IMG/VR virus record: IMGVR_UViG_3300037010_001275
Location: 1-64,000 of that record
Length of the DNA stretch: 64,000 nucleotides
Source of the DNA: a virus
Reading direction: 5' to 3' (one strand)
Position numbers and translations under genes: made by a program. Below are positions 40,328 through 50,171 of this stretch, one piece after another. The number at the start of each line of letters is the position of its first letter. Position 1 is the stretch's first letter. The notes under the pieces are model-generated. The model ran no database searches and was not told the DNA's origin. It was given only the letters and a program-made list of their open reading frames with translations.

Positions 40328-41623
40328 ATGGCAAATCTGAAGGCCACCGTGTTCCCCACCGTCGGCTCGGGGGTGATGCTCGGAAGCATCACCGGGATTG
40401 TAAAGAACCACATCCTCTCTAAGCTGCCAAAGGGGTTCATCAAGTACACATACATCAAGAACTCCATCCCCTCCGTCACGGAGCAGATGAACAACGAGGA
40501 AGCAAACCTTGTGAAGGAGCGGCCCACTCTCTCAATAGGTCTCAACTACTCCTTTAATAATGACGCTGCGTCACAGGGCGACCAGTTCCAGTGGGGCATG
40601 AGCAAGATCCCAGTCGGCGTGTACATGTATGACTCGATCTACACGAAAATTTTCTACAACGAGCAGGACTGCATCTACCTCTCGACGATCGATGAGCGCA
40701 CAAAGCTTGTCTACGACGTGGCGATCCGCCTCGATTCTGAAACGCAAGCGTACAACCTGATGAACTACATGCGGGCGTACATTGGCGTAGGTCGCCCATA
40801 TTACCTGAGTCGGGTAAACATTGAGACCCCGATCCCTTTCGAGTGCCTCATTATGATCTCCGCCGGTAAGGGCTTTGATCTGAAGAGCCCGGTGGGCCGT
40901 CAGGCGTTCCATGAATACCTATCGAAGTGGTCCGGTGGGCGAGTCACCTACAAGAGGAACCTCTCTAGTGGGAACTACAACTACTTCCTGCTCTACAACG
41001 CCAACATCCTCTGCAAGATCCCCGACGCTCCGACGATTGAGAAGAATATGGAGGGTAAATCTGTTATAAATACAGACATGCGTCTCCAGCTTGAGGTCGA
41101 GTTCCCGACATTTACTAACTTCATTACCGAGCGTGAAGAGCTATCGCCGGTAGACGACGGAATGAAAGATATGGTCGACGACTCCAGCACTGCGGTTATC
41201 TACAATTTTACTTCTCAGATGCCGGTGATGCGGATGTTGGGGGAAAAGACGCTAGTCTCACACTTCGAGGTCGTGACGGGCCTTAATGAGACAGTTGATG
41301 AGACTTCCTTTGAGGAGGCGCTACAGCCACGCATCATGTTCTTCATCCAGCATCAAAAGCAGTACCTCGGCGCTGACCCGGATGCAATCAAGCGTCATAT
41401 AAAGATTAGCGTGATCCGCGACACGGAGCTGCTCGTGGAGGACCTGGATTACGAGGTCGATTGGGGAGGTTATACTGTGCGGATCCTCAACCCAATGCTG
41501 AATTACGTTTATCGCTTTGCATTCTACATAGATCTCGTGAAGTATAACCAGATCATGGAGGTTCACGACTCGCTCGGCCTGCGACAGTACGAGCAAGTCA
41601 ATAAGGTCAAAGAAATCCTTTGA
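40328..41623 (+). CDS. Probable virion structural protein
   Basis: 431-aa ORF behind a late promoter motif (40293). Confidence 0.6.
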   Translation: MANLKATVFPTVGSGVMLGSITGIVKNHILSKLPKGFIKYTYIKNSIPSVTEQMNNEEANLVKERPTLSIGLNYSFNNDAASQGDQFQWGMSKIPVGVYMYDSIYTKIFYNEQDCIYLSTIDERTKLVYDVAIRLDSETQAYNLMNYMRAYIGVGRPYYLSRVNIETPIPFECLIMISAGKGFDLKSPVGRQAFHEYLSKWSGGRVTYKRNLSSGNYNYFLLYNANILCKIPDAPTIEKNMEGKSVINTDMRLQLEVEFPTFTNFITEREELSPVDDGMKDMVDDSSTAVIYNFTSQMPVMRMLGEKTLVSHFEVVTGLNETVDETSFEEALQPRIMFFIQHQKQYLGADPDAIKRHIKISVIRDTELLVEDLDYEVDWGGYTVRILNPMLNYVYRFAFYIDLVKYNQIMEVHDSLGLRQYEQVNKVKEIL

Positions 41624-41679
41624 TTATATACCTAACAAATCTTTAGTTAATCTTTCCTGACCCTATAAAGGAAAAAGTC

Positions 41680-43359
41680 ATGCCCAATGCAACCAATTTC
41701 CGCCATGATTTGGCGGGGAAGGTATACCAGCTCAGCCAGTACTCTGCCTTGCAGCCGGTAGCCGACAAGAACTTCGACGTGACAAAGATGAATGAACGGT
41801 TCATCAAACTGCACAATGCTGTCCGCGTCTGCTTTGACGCCATCGCCGACCTCGCTTCCCGCGACACTACATTCCTGCCGTCTTTCTTTCAAGGATTTGT
41901 TAATCCGGTGTACGTTAAGTCTGTCACGTACGCAGACAAATCGCTCTATACACTGGTGAATGGTTTCAACAGCAACGGAACACCGGTTTCTTTCCCGGAG
42001 GAGCGCATTGTTTACTCTTTTCCAGATATTGGTGATATCACTACCGAAGACTACGAATACATGATGTTCCAAAACGGCGCTTCCGTCGAGCCGAGCAGCT
42101 ACACTGTTGACAACAGCGCTTTCGGTGTCAAGGCGTATATCAAGTCTGCGTACGTGGCGAACAATGACACTTGGACGCTTGCGGTGCATCGCGTTTTCAA
42201 TCGTAACTACCAAATGTACAAGAAGGTCTTCTCTGGAGTCTCTAGCGGCTTGACGGAGATCATCGATGTGCCAGCGAACTTCCCGAACTTCTACGACTCA
42301 CGCTACCTGCGCGTTGCCGTCCGTTCCGGCTCTGGTCAGTTCTACGACATCATCGACCCATCTAAGTACAGCATTGTCTACGACTCTGCCAACCAAAAGG
42401 TCCGTGTTGTTATTGACAGCTCGATCAAGTTTGCTCAATTCGACACGATGATTGTGTTCGACTGCACCTCCTTCTGGAAGAACACGGTATATGGTACTAG
42501 CTCCTCGTCCGAGGTGGCTCCACCAAGTTCCATTGCCTTGACCCAAACGCTCACTAGTGGTGAGAAAGTGCCGGTTGGCATTATGTTCTATCGTGATCTG
42601 GACATCTGGTTTAACGGTCGGCATCTCGTCCCCGGAAAGCATTTCGTGGTCTCGCCCGGCTTCTCCAACGGTGCCGGTAACAACAGTCAATGGTATATTG
42701 ACTTCTTGTTTACTCTACCAGAGAATACGGCTTACCGTGTGGACATTATGAAAAACGTGCCATATATTCCAGGCGAGTCAACTTACGTTTACAAGGAAGA
42801 GATCGATCCGAAGGGTGTCGAGTATATTGACTCCAACAAGTTCCCAGTCTTCTCCGGCATGGGCGAGATGTACATCAACGGCTACTTCATTGATCCGAAG
42901 AATATCGCGGCAGCTCATAAGAACGTGATGCTAGTCAATAATGTGACGGACACGAAGGAATTCTTCTTCAAGATGATGCCTCCGGTCACGAATGTCACGA
43001 GCTCCATGTTGGATGAGCACATGCGTCGTCCTACCGAGTTCGATCAGACCGTCGAGGCACTTGGCGGCGTTAGTGAGCTGATTGCCCGACTGAAGGTCAA
43101 CCGTGCCGACATTTCCAGCTCCGATCGTGATGACCTGATCTCCGCTCTTGGTGGTGCAGTCATGCCGATTGAAGCTGTGGTTTCCGGTGATGCTGCTAAT
43201 TATGTCAGCACATCTTTCGCCTCTGCGACTGCCGACTTCGATATGGATGCTAACGTCGCGTTGCCTGATGCGGCCTGGGATATCTCCATTCTCACGACGG
43301 ATGCTATCATCGATTCCAATGTCTACGTCCAGAATAGTGTGATGCTCGACTGCAACTAA
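41680..43359 (+). CDS. Probable virion structural protein
   Basis: Beta-rich 559-aa ORF behind a late promoter motif (41634). Confidence 0.6.
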   Translation: MPNATNFRHDLAGKVYQLSQYSALQPVADKNFDVTKMNERFIKLHNAVRVCFDAIADLASRDTTFLPSFFQGFVNPVYVKSVTYADKSLYTLVNGFNSNGTPVSFPEERIVYSFPDIGDITTEDYEYMMFQNGASVEPSSYTVDNSAFGVKAYIKSAYVANNDTWTLAVHRVFNRNYQMYKKVFSGVSSGLTEIIDVPANFPNFYDSRYLRVAVRSGSGQFYDIIDPSKYSIVYDSANQKVRVVIDSSIKFAQFDTMIVFDCTSFWKNTVYGTSSSSEVAPPSSIALTQTLTSGEKVPVGIMFYRDLDIWFNGRHLVPGKHFVVSPGFSNGAGNNSQWYIDFLFTLPENTAYRVDIMKNVPYIPGESTYVYKEEIDPKGVEYIDSNKFPVFSGMGEMYINGYFIDPKNIAAAHKNVMLVNNVTDTKEFFFKMMPPVTNVTSSMLDEHMRRPTEFDQTVEALGGVSELIARLKVNRADISSSDRDDLISALGGAVMPIEAVVSGDAANYVSTSFASATADFDMDANVALPDAAWDISILTTDAIIDSNVYVQNSVMLDCN

Positions 43360-43371
43360 TTGAGATGAACG

Positions 43372-44340
43372 ATGAAGAAATCCATTCGGGACACCTACGT
43401 CTACAAGGTCCTCGATCTGGAAGCGACTGTCAAGAACTGTGGGGTGGTCAACTCCAGCCTCGACAAGTATGTCCTGAGCAAGGACGTCGTCGAGGCCATC
43501 TTGAGCGAGATGAAGTTTAAGATTAGCTTCCCATCTAAGCAACTCGTCATCGATGAGATTAAGGCGGGACATATCACGTTGGTTGACACTTCGCTGGTGT
43601 CGTCTCTGCCGACGTGGATGATCACCGCCGATGGTGTGTCTATCAAGACCGCCGTCGTGAACCTCTTCGGGAAGATCAAGATCCGCGAGGATGGCACTGC
43701 GCAGTTCAATATCCGGGAGGTCTTCGCCCTTGCGGTGATCGCCCTAACGGTGCGCGAGTTCTACCTCAAAGAGGCCAAGATTGTCAACAACCTGAACATT
43801 ACGAAACTCGCTGTCGCGATCTATGAGCGCATGATATACCGCGTACTCGACGTGCTGTTCTCGCTCGATGTCGGACCCGAGTGGCTCCGCAATTCCATTA
43901 AGGTCGATATTCGAATCTTCGCTGCGTACTATCTGATGGAGAAGCGGTTCAACTCCGTCTCCGACTACGATAACGTGTATAACTACATTCTCAAGGACGT
44001 TCTCCGTAACGTCGATCCTGCGCAGTATCTCGCCAAGGTCGCCGCCGGGGGCGGTCAGGTCTTCGACGCTGAGAAGTACTCCTCACTACCGACGTTCATT
44101 GAGTGTCTGTCGAAAGTCCATCCGATCCTCAAGGACTTGGACGTCACGATGTTCCTCCGTAAATTCATTATGATGTACGGTGAGAAAGCCTTACTCATGA
44201 TTGAGAACTACCAGTACTTCCTCGCATATGTCTTCTCGGTGACCCTCTCAGGTAACATTGTGAAGGACTTTGCTCTGGAGGCTCCTGTAGGCAAGGAGGG
44301 TATCCAGCTATACAACTCGTATTTTGAGCTTGTGAAGTAA
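43372..44340 (+). CDS. Hypothetical (probable virion) protein
   Basis: 322-aa ORF cotranscribed with the previous gene. Confidence 0.6.
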   Translation: MKKSIRDTYVYKVLDLEATVKNCGVVNSSLDKYVLSKDVVEAILSEMKFKISFPSKQLVIDEIKAGHITLVDTSLVSSLPTWMITADGVSIKTAVVNLFGKIKIREDGTAQFNIREVFALAVIALTVREFYLKEAKIVNNLNITKLAVAIYERMIYRVLDVLFSLDVGPEWLRNSIKVDIRIFAAYYLMEKRFNSVSDYDNVYNYILKDVLRNVDPAQYLAKVAAGGGQVFDAEKYSSLPTFIECLSKVHPILKDLDVTMFLRKFIMMYGEKALLMIENYQYFLAYVFSVTLSGNIVKDFALEAPVGKEGIQLYNSYFELVK

Positions 44341-44452
44341 GATAATATGAACCGATGGGCCGATCAATGGTCTATCGGTTCATATTTATGCGGTACTAAG
44401 TGTTATTTTTAATGAGTAAACACCCAGTTAGATTAACAATTGCGAGGTTTCT

Positions 44453-44899
44453 ATGATCCGAACCCTAGTTGAGCGAATCAGCAATTTCTGGTTGCGCCGG
44501 AAAATCCATCAGCGACGAAAGCTGACACCACTCGAGGTCCTTCGTGTCGCTAGCTCGCCAAGGCTGATGCAAGAAGCTACAGATTATGGTATTCGGCTTG
44601 TCTTATTTCTACCGCCGTCCGTTGTCGTCACAGGTCTGGAAAACCTAAGACTAGAAGGCGACGTTCGCATTCACTGTACACGGTCAATGATGGTTAGTAC
44701 CACCAAGCGGCTTCACATCAACCCAAAAGACTATAAGAATACGAGATTTGTTAGCGCGAGGGAAATTGAAGAGTATGATCATTATGCCGTCACTCATGCA
44801 GAAGAACTGTTACCATCCGTAGCTGGAGAAGTGATTCCGCATGATTTGAAGTCTCGTTTAGATAGTACACTCGGCTGTGGGTGTCATTCGGTTAAATAA
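44453..44899 (+). CDS. Hypothetical protein
   Basis: ORF behind a late promoter motif (44419), upstream of PAAR. Confidence 0.55.
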   Translation: MIRTLVERISNFWLRRKIHQRRKLTPLEVLRVASSPRLMQEATDYGIRLVLFLPPSVVVTGLENLRLEGDVRIHCTRSMMVSTTKRLHINPKDYKNTRFVSAREIEEYDHYAVTHAEELLPSVAGEVIPHDLKSRLDSTLGCGCHSVK

Positions 44900-45046
44900 A
44901 GGAAATCGATATGTCAACAGATAGTTTACTGAGTTGCAGTTTGACGGTTTCACTGTTTAGTACGAATAGCAACATCTTCGAAGTGATTGGCATTACAGCT
45001 GGTATGTCTGGTATGTTAAATTTGATGACGGAGCAAGAGGGATAAC

Positions 45047-45331
45047 ATGCCAGCTGTTGTTAGATTAGGAGATGTATGTACTGGTCACGGCTGCTTTGGA
45101 TCTAGACCTAACGTACAAGGTAGCAACGACACCTTTGTTAACGGTATACCAGTTCATAGACAGACTGATGCCTGGGCGTCTCATTGTTGTGGTCCTCCAT
45201 GTCATTCCTCAGTTCTGGCCGCTGGATCTGCTGTTACATATGTCAACGGTCTTCAACTCGGAAGAATCGGAGATCCAGTAGCATGCGGGAGCGCATGTGC
45301 TACCGGATCTCCCGATACGTTTTCTGGATGA
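45047..45331 (+). CDS. PAAR spike-tip protein (T4 gp5.4-like)
   Basis: MPAVVRLGD.C.GH, VNG.PVHR..D, RIGDPVACGS..A.GS. Confidence 0.93.
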   Translation: MPAVVRLGDVCTGHGCFGSRPNVQGSNDTFVNGIPVHRQTDAWASHCCGPPCHSSVLAAGSAVTYVNGLQLGRIGDPVACGSACATGSPDTFSG

Positions 45332-45530
45332 AGAAATAAAGTTCCACAGCGAAATATAGCAGGTTGGCCTCAAAGATCAAAGATTGGTTACAATGCAACG
45401 AGTTCCATTCGAGGCTGAACTGTATTAATTACCCGTAAGGGAAACAGGGCTCGATCCGGTATATCAGCTGCGACCGAGCCCACTGCATCAACGAAGCACT
45501 CTCATAAGTCCATAAATGAAAGGAGATACA

Positions 45531-45950
45531 ATGTCTGGCATTAATCAGCAATTCCTCGAACGCATCGCCAAAGTTTGTCACGAGGCCAACCGCGCCTATT
45601 GCATTGCCATGGGCGATCTATCTCAGTTGCCTTGGGCTAAGGCCCCGGATTGTCAAAGGTCTAGCGTCATCGACGGTGTCCGCTTCAACATCGATAATCC
45701 AGACGCCACACCGGAGAATAGCCACGAGAATTGGCTCAAGCAGAAGCAAGAAGAAGGTTGGACGTACGGCCCAATTAAGGACGATGAAAAGAAACAGCAT
45801 CCCTGCTGCGTCCCGTACTCCGACCTTCCAGTTGAGCAGAAGGCCAAGGATTACATCTTCCAGGCTATCGTCCGCGCAATGTACGTCCCGACCGTCCTTA
45901 TCACTGTGGCTGAAAGTCCGAAAAGCGATGGACCAGCTCGTTCTCATTAA
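45531..45950 (+). CDS. RyR-domain phage protein
   Basis: SHENW...K...GW.YGP.KD..KK.HPC.VPY..LP..QK.KD. Confidence 0.85.
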   Translation: MSGINQQFLERIAKVCHEANRAYCIAMGDLSQLPWAKAPDCQRSSVIDGVRFNIDNPDATPENSHENWLKQKQEEGWTYGPIKDDEKKQHPCCVPYSDLPVEQKAKDYIFQAIVRAMYVPTVLITVAESPKSDGPARSH

Positions 45951-46148
45951 GCGAGATTCTCGCCAAGACCGACAAGATCTCCGATGGCTGCACGCCAACT
46001 GCAATCTTCGTGACAAGCAACAACCGACTGATCAGTGCTCAGCTCACGACATTTGCCGTTCTGCAGCGTATGTTTTACGAAGCCCTCGACAAGCTCAGTC
46101 CAAATCAGGGTCCGGCTGGCAAGCCTCGCATCGGTCCGGGAGCCAAAC

Positions 46149-46931
46149 ATGAAGAGTAAAAACCGTTTTTTCAAGCTCGATCGTTATGATGAAAAAGATA
46201 TGTTCGAGGTATGTCTATACTCCGGCCATGCAAACGAGGATTCGAAGTGCCGCCTTGTGCTCTCAGCGTTCGGTTGGTACCTCACCTTCTTCCTTCCTCG
46301 CTTCATCCGGCCCTACAAGTACTGGGTCGATCTGTCAAAAGCAGATTGGCTCGATTTGGACGGCTACTGGAAAGAAGATGAGCGGGCATTTGGTCTCTAC
46401 CTCTTCAAGAACCACTTCAACATCCTCTATGGTCGTCAGTCTACCGAGGGGAATCCTTCGAAGTCGTGGGGCTTCTTTCTCCCTTGGAATGAATGGCGAC
46501 ACGTCCGGCTCAGCCTGTACGACAAGGATGGTCAGCATTTCTGGACACAGAGCCGAGACGATGACAAGCAGGGCAGCTATTTTCAGGATGGATCCTATGA
46601 TCAGCAAACGGAGGCCAAGAAACAGTGTTCGAAGCGCCTTTTCGAGTTTCAAGACTACGATGGCGAAAGGATCACCGTCACGACTATGATCCAAGAACGA
46701 GAGTGGCTGCGGGGCGTCAAAGCGTTCCGCTGGCTCTCGCGATTCTTTTGTCCGAAGATCCGTCGGCGTCTTGATCTCGAATTCCACAAGGAGGTCGGAC
46801 CCCGTAAAGGATCTTGGAAGGGAGGCACTATCGGGCACTCGATTGAGATGCTTCCCGGAGAGCTTCACGAAGCGGCTTTCCGGCGCTACTGTGAGAAGAA
46901 CGACATGACCTTTATCCGGGAGATTGTATAA
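46149..46931 (+). CDS. Hypothetical Trp-rich protein
   Basis: Start MKSKNRFF after GGGAG SD. Confidence 0.65.
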   Translation: MKSKNRFFKLDRYDEKDMFEVCLYSGHANEDSKCRLVLSAFGWYLTFFLPRFIRPYKYWVDLSKADWLDLDGYWKEDERAFGLYLFKNHFNILYGRQSTEGNPSKSWGFFLPWNEWRHVRLSLYDKDGQHFWTQSRDDDKQGSYFQDGSYDQQTEAKKQCSKRLFEFQDYDGERITVTTMIQEREWLRGVKAFRWLSRFFCPKIRRRLDLEFHKEVGPRKGSWKGGTIGHSIEMLPGELHEAAFRRYCEKNDMTFIREIV

Positions 46932-47159
46932 AATGCTGACGGCGGCTTTTTCGACCCTCTTCGGTATCATTATCACCTGTCTATAGGTGGTGCCTATAGA
47001 GTTTATCTTTGGGATGCTTCTGGAGTTCTGCCTCCAACTCAATCTCGCCGGCACCTACCGATCCCGTCGGCGCAGTAACAGGTGAATTCCCCCCCCCCGC
47101 AAGAGAAAGCGAAAAAAAAAACACCCCCTACGGCCTTGCGGGTCGTAGGGGTGTTTTCA

Positions 47160-47441
47160 TTAAATAATTAGATCTTCGATCATCTCAACCTGATCTGACT
47201 CGAGCGTAATACCAATCCCAGCGAAGAACGAACGAATCACCTGTGCAGCGTTGGTGATTGTGCGTTCTTCATCGTCGACCGGGTTGACGCTCTCGATGCG
47301 ATCCGGGTCCATACGCAGAAGCTTCTGCAGCAGAACGCGGCGCTCCTTATTGTGCGATGAATAGTGACGGAGGAAGTTGATGATACCCTTCGCGCCGTCC
47401 TCCTTATTTGCCAGCAGTAGCATGTTGAAGAGCTCTTGCTC
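47160..47441 (-). CDS. RNA polymerase beta C-terminal subunit, exon 2
   Basis: Begins GAG CAA GAG (EQE), completing the conserved RFGE(M/Q)E motif after splicing. Confidence 0.9.
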   Translation of the reverse strand, partial: EQELFNMLLLANKEDGAKGIINFLRHYSSHNKERRVLLQKLLRMDPDRIESVNPVDDEERTITNAAQVIRSFFAGIGITLESDQVEMIEDLII

Positions 47442-48083
47442 CATATGTGTTCAGAAGTGTTCGCTACACACTCCCCGGATAATAAATCCAGCTGCATGTC
47501 ACCATGCAGATCAGACTATATCTTCTCTCCTTTATCGGAGAGCTCCCTATTTCCATCGCCAATGGCTTGCGATGTACTCTACTTGATTCCGCTATTACTA
47601 GCGTTCTTTCGATAGTCGTTGAACGTTCCACTGACACTTACCACGAATAATTAATTGATATATGTTTCCAAGTTTTTCTTTGCTGGATATTCCGCACTGT
47701 TTACTCTGATAATTCCATCAGATTCATATCCTGTTGGGTATTATTCACAGTCTTCCAGCAACCAGCTTATTACAGATCTCGTGAACCTGCTTTTCTGTTG
47801 GAAGTACATTTTTGCATGCCGCGCCTCTTGGTCTTAAATTTATATCAACTACGTGCTATAAAAATTCTTAGTAGGCATAACCCACTCCAAGTTGGATACT
47901 TCATTGCATCGTTTGATGTCATTGATGTGATTCACTTGGTAAGAATCGTCAAATATAATTCGTGATTTGTTTAGCTAAAGGCTATCTCCATTTCTGTGGT
48001 GAGCCAGTGGCTTCGCTGCTGATTGTCTCAAAGAGAGTTTCCAGCAGTTAAAGGAGTTTTACTTCGGCAGGCAATGAACTTTT
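47442..48083 (-). ncRNA. Group I self-splicing intron (642 nt)
   Basis: 5' exon ends in U. P1 TTCGGT/GCCGAA with U.G pair. P AACTGCTGGAAA (48049-48038), Q AATCAGCAG (48024-48016), R GTTCAACGACTA (47624-47613), S AAGATATAGTC (47524-47514). Terminal G at 47442. Confidence 0.93.
47638..47960 (-). pseudogene. Decayed HNH homing endonuclease in the intron P6 loop
   Basis: Fragments QVNHINDIKRCNEVSNLEWV, TEKQVHEICNKL and TVRNIQQRKTWKHIS, broken by stops and frameshifts. No N-terminus. Confidence 0.85.
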
Positions 48084-49814
48084 ACCGAATCGGATTGGAC
48101 TGTTGTTGTACGGTGCGGTGCCCTTCTTGTACATCTCATTTGACTTAAATGGGGCGTTCAGCAGACTTACCTGACCGGCGGATCGAGCAGAGAACTTGCC
48201 GATAGCCTCATGACGAAGCTTGATGAAGTACATGGATCCAAGAACGAGCGGCTGCTCGATCCCGATGAACTTCAACTTTTTCACGCCGAACCTGTCGTAC
48301 AGCTTTAGCATCTTGACTGGGTCAGCGTTCTCGAAGAAGGGCGGCTGATGGATTAACAAGCCGTCTTCACGCACACTCCGCACGAACTCAGAGATGGCCT
48401 TGACGTCGCCATCAAGGGTTGCCTTCAAGTAGTCCGCTTGTCCGCTACCGAGGATATTGAAAAAGTCCAAGATATCATCATACAGCGCGATGTTACCTTC
48501 CTTGTCATCTGGATGCCTCTTGACAATCTGGTCGGCGATAAACGTCAGCTCATGTTCATACAGCTGCGCCACGTTCATGCGCCCGACAACGCCTAGCGGG
48601 TTCAGTACGACATCCGGGATGTCACCATCCTCGGTTCGGGGCATTTGGTCATCGGGCAGGATCTTCGAAATCACCCCCTTGTTGCCGTAACGTCCAGTGA
48701 TCTTTGATCCCACTTTCAGCGGGACGGTCTCGCGGATCTTAAAGCGCAGGATTGTTCCCTCAAACTCGCTCTTATCGTAGCTGAACTTCTTACCACAGAG
48801 GTAATCCGTCGCCTTTTGCAGCAGGAAGCCACAGTTGTCGCGGAGTGTCATCCCCTCATCTCGGAAGTATTCGATAATCTCCTTGATCTCTGTGAATAAC
48901 TCCTTTCGGGTTTTCAGCAGGGCTGCGATCGGCGCGTTGTGGGGCTGCGCCAGCTCGTCATCCGACAGGTTGGAGAAGACCTCGATCGACTCGACCACAC
49001 CATTAAAGAAGAAGAGCGTATCATTAACGTAATCGATCTGGCGGTCATTCTCCTTAAAGTCTGTCAGGACTGTCGAGTAGCTGATCCGGCGACGGGCGCA
49101 CAGAATGCCATCCTTGACGTACTCACCGATTTCCGGAAAAGGTTTGTATTCGTTCCGAGTGCCATACATGTTGACCAGAACATCGTTATTGTTGAGGGAT
49201 ACCACGGCCTCGTGGACGGCGGTATGTGAGAGCTTCTTTGCCCCGCTCTCACTTATGATGATACCATCCTCAAACGTCAGGCCGTCCTTTGCGATGAAGG
49301 CTGCCTTCAGGTTGACGCCATAGCGCAGATTCAGGTTGTCATCGTACATCGGGTTACGAGCAAGGAGCGTTCCCTCGGGAAGGTCCGTACCAGGTTCGAC
49401 ATCCGGGAGCTTGTACTCGTTTAAGAAACCATACGACTCAGTAAGCCGTACACACGAATTGTACGTCACAACGTCAACCGACCCGTCCTCATAACTGAAA
49501 AACAAGTATCGCTCGTTATCACCGTACTTGACTTCACCAAGGAGCTGCGCAGGTGCTTTCAGAGAGGTATAACCCATCCCCTGTGAGAACTTTCCAACCT
49601 GATTCTCGAAGCGAGTAAACACCCTCGGGATTTCAGCGTTGTTCAGCGTGAGGAACTGCGCGACGTGTGAGATGAACATGTTAAGACGACCACCGTCGCA
49701 CTTGTTCACATTCGGGGTGAGTAGGTCCTCCCCAAGGAAATAGTGTTTCGGACGGCCATCCTCACGGATAAACTTACTCGCCACCACGGTTTTCTTAGCC
49801 TTCTTTTCCTTCAT
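48084..49814 (-). CDS. RNA polymerase beta C-terminal subunit (AR9 gp089-like), exon 1
   Basis: EDGIIISES, GSKITGRYGNKGVISKI, PDVVLNPLGV..RMN..QL.E, Y.IKL.H...K.SAR. Spliced product about 670 aa. Confidence 0.93.
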
Positions 49815-50118
49815 CAGGGCTCCTTTCAAAATAATACACACTCTGCGTATGCAGTACTGGCATTTTCTCGTGCGTTTTTATAAATGTGAATGTTGGCGTA
49901 TAAAAGCATGGCTCGTCACCAACACGTAAGCCAGTGCTCTTTCGCCAAGCCACAATCTTACGTTTGCGGATGGATGATGTACAGGCAATGATGTTATGGA
50001 CCGGATATTGGGCAGTGTAGAAAAGCGTCTTCGTCTGCCTGATGACCGGGAGTACATAGGTAGTTATGTTCTCGGACGCCCTTCTGTTGGGATACAGTTC
50101 TCTGACTTCTAGATACAT
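49795..50118 (-). CDS. Hypothetical basic protein
   Basis: GGAG SD, downstream of ATATATAAT (50162-50170). Confidence 0.4.
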   Translation of the reverse strand: MYLEVRELYPNRRASENITTYVLPVIRQTKTLFYTAQYPVHNIIACTSSIRKRKIVAWRKSTGLRVGDEPCFYTPTFTFIKTHEKMPVLHTQSVYYFERSPDEGKEG

Positions 50119-50171
50119 GATTGGACTCCCACGGGTAATGGTGCGCGAACGCACCATACCCATTATATATC

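Noticed and set aside
45437-45485. Hairpin GGGCTCG...CGAGCCC upstream of the RyR-domain gene as a structured RNA
   Set aside because: Single short stem with no recognisable family consensus.
46933-47092. In-frame TAG suggesting amber recoding
   Set aside because: TAG terminates intact genes such as gyrB and the 702-aa fibre, and long genes are not fragmented. Treated as decay.
47160-47444. Independent 94-aa gene starting at ATG 47444
   Set aside because: The G of this ATG is the intron terminal G, and the ORF is exon 2 of the RNAP beta gene.
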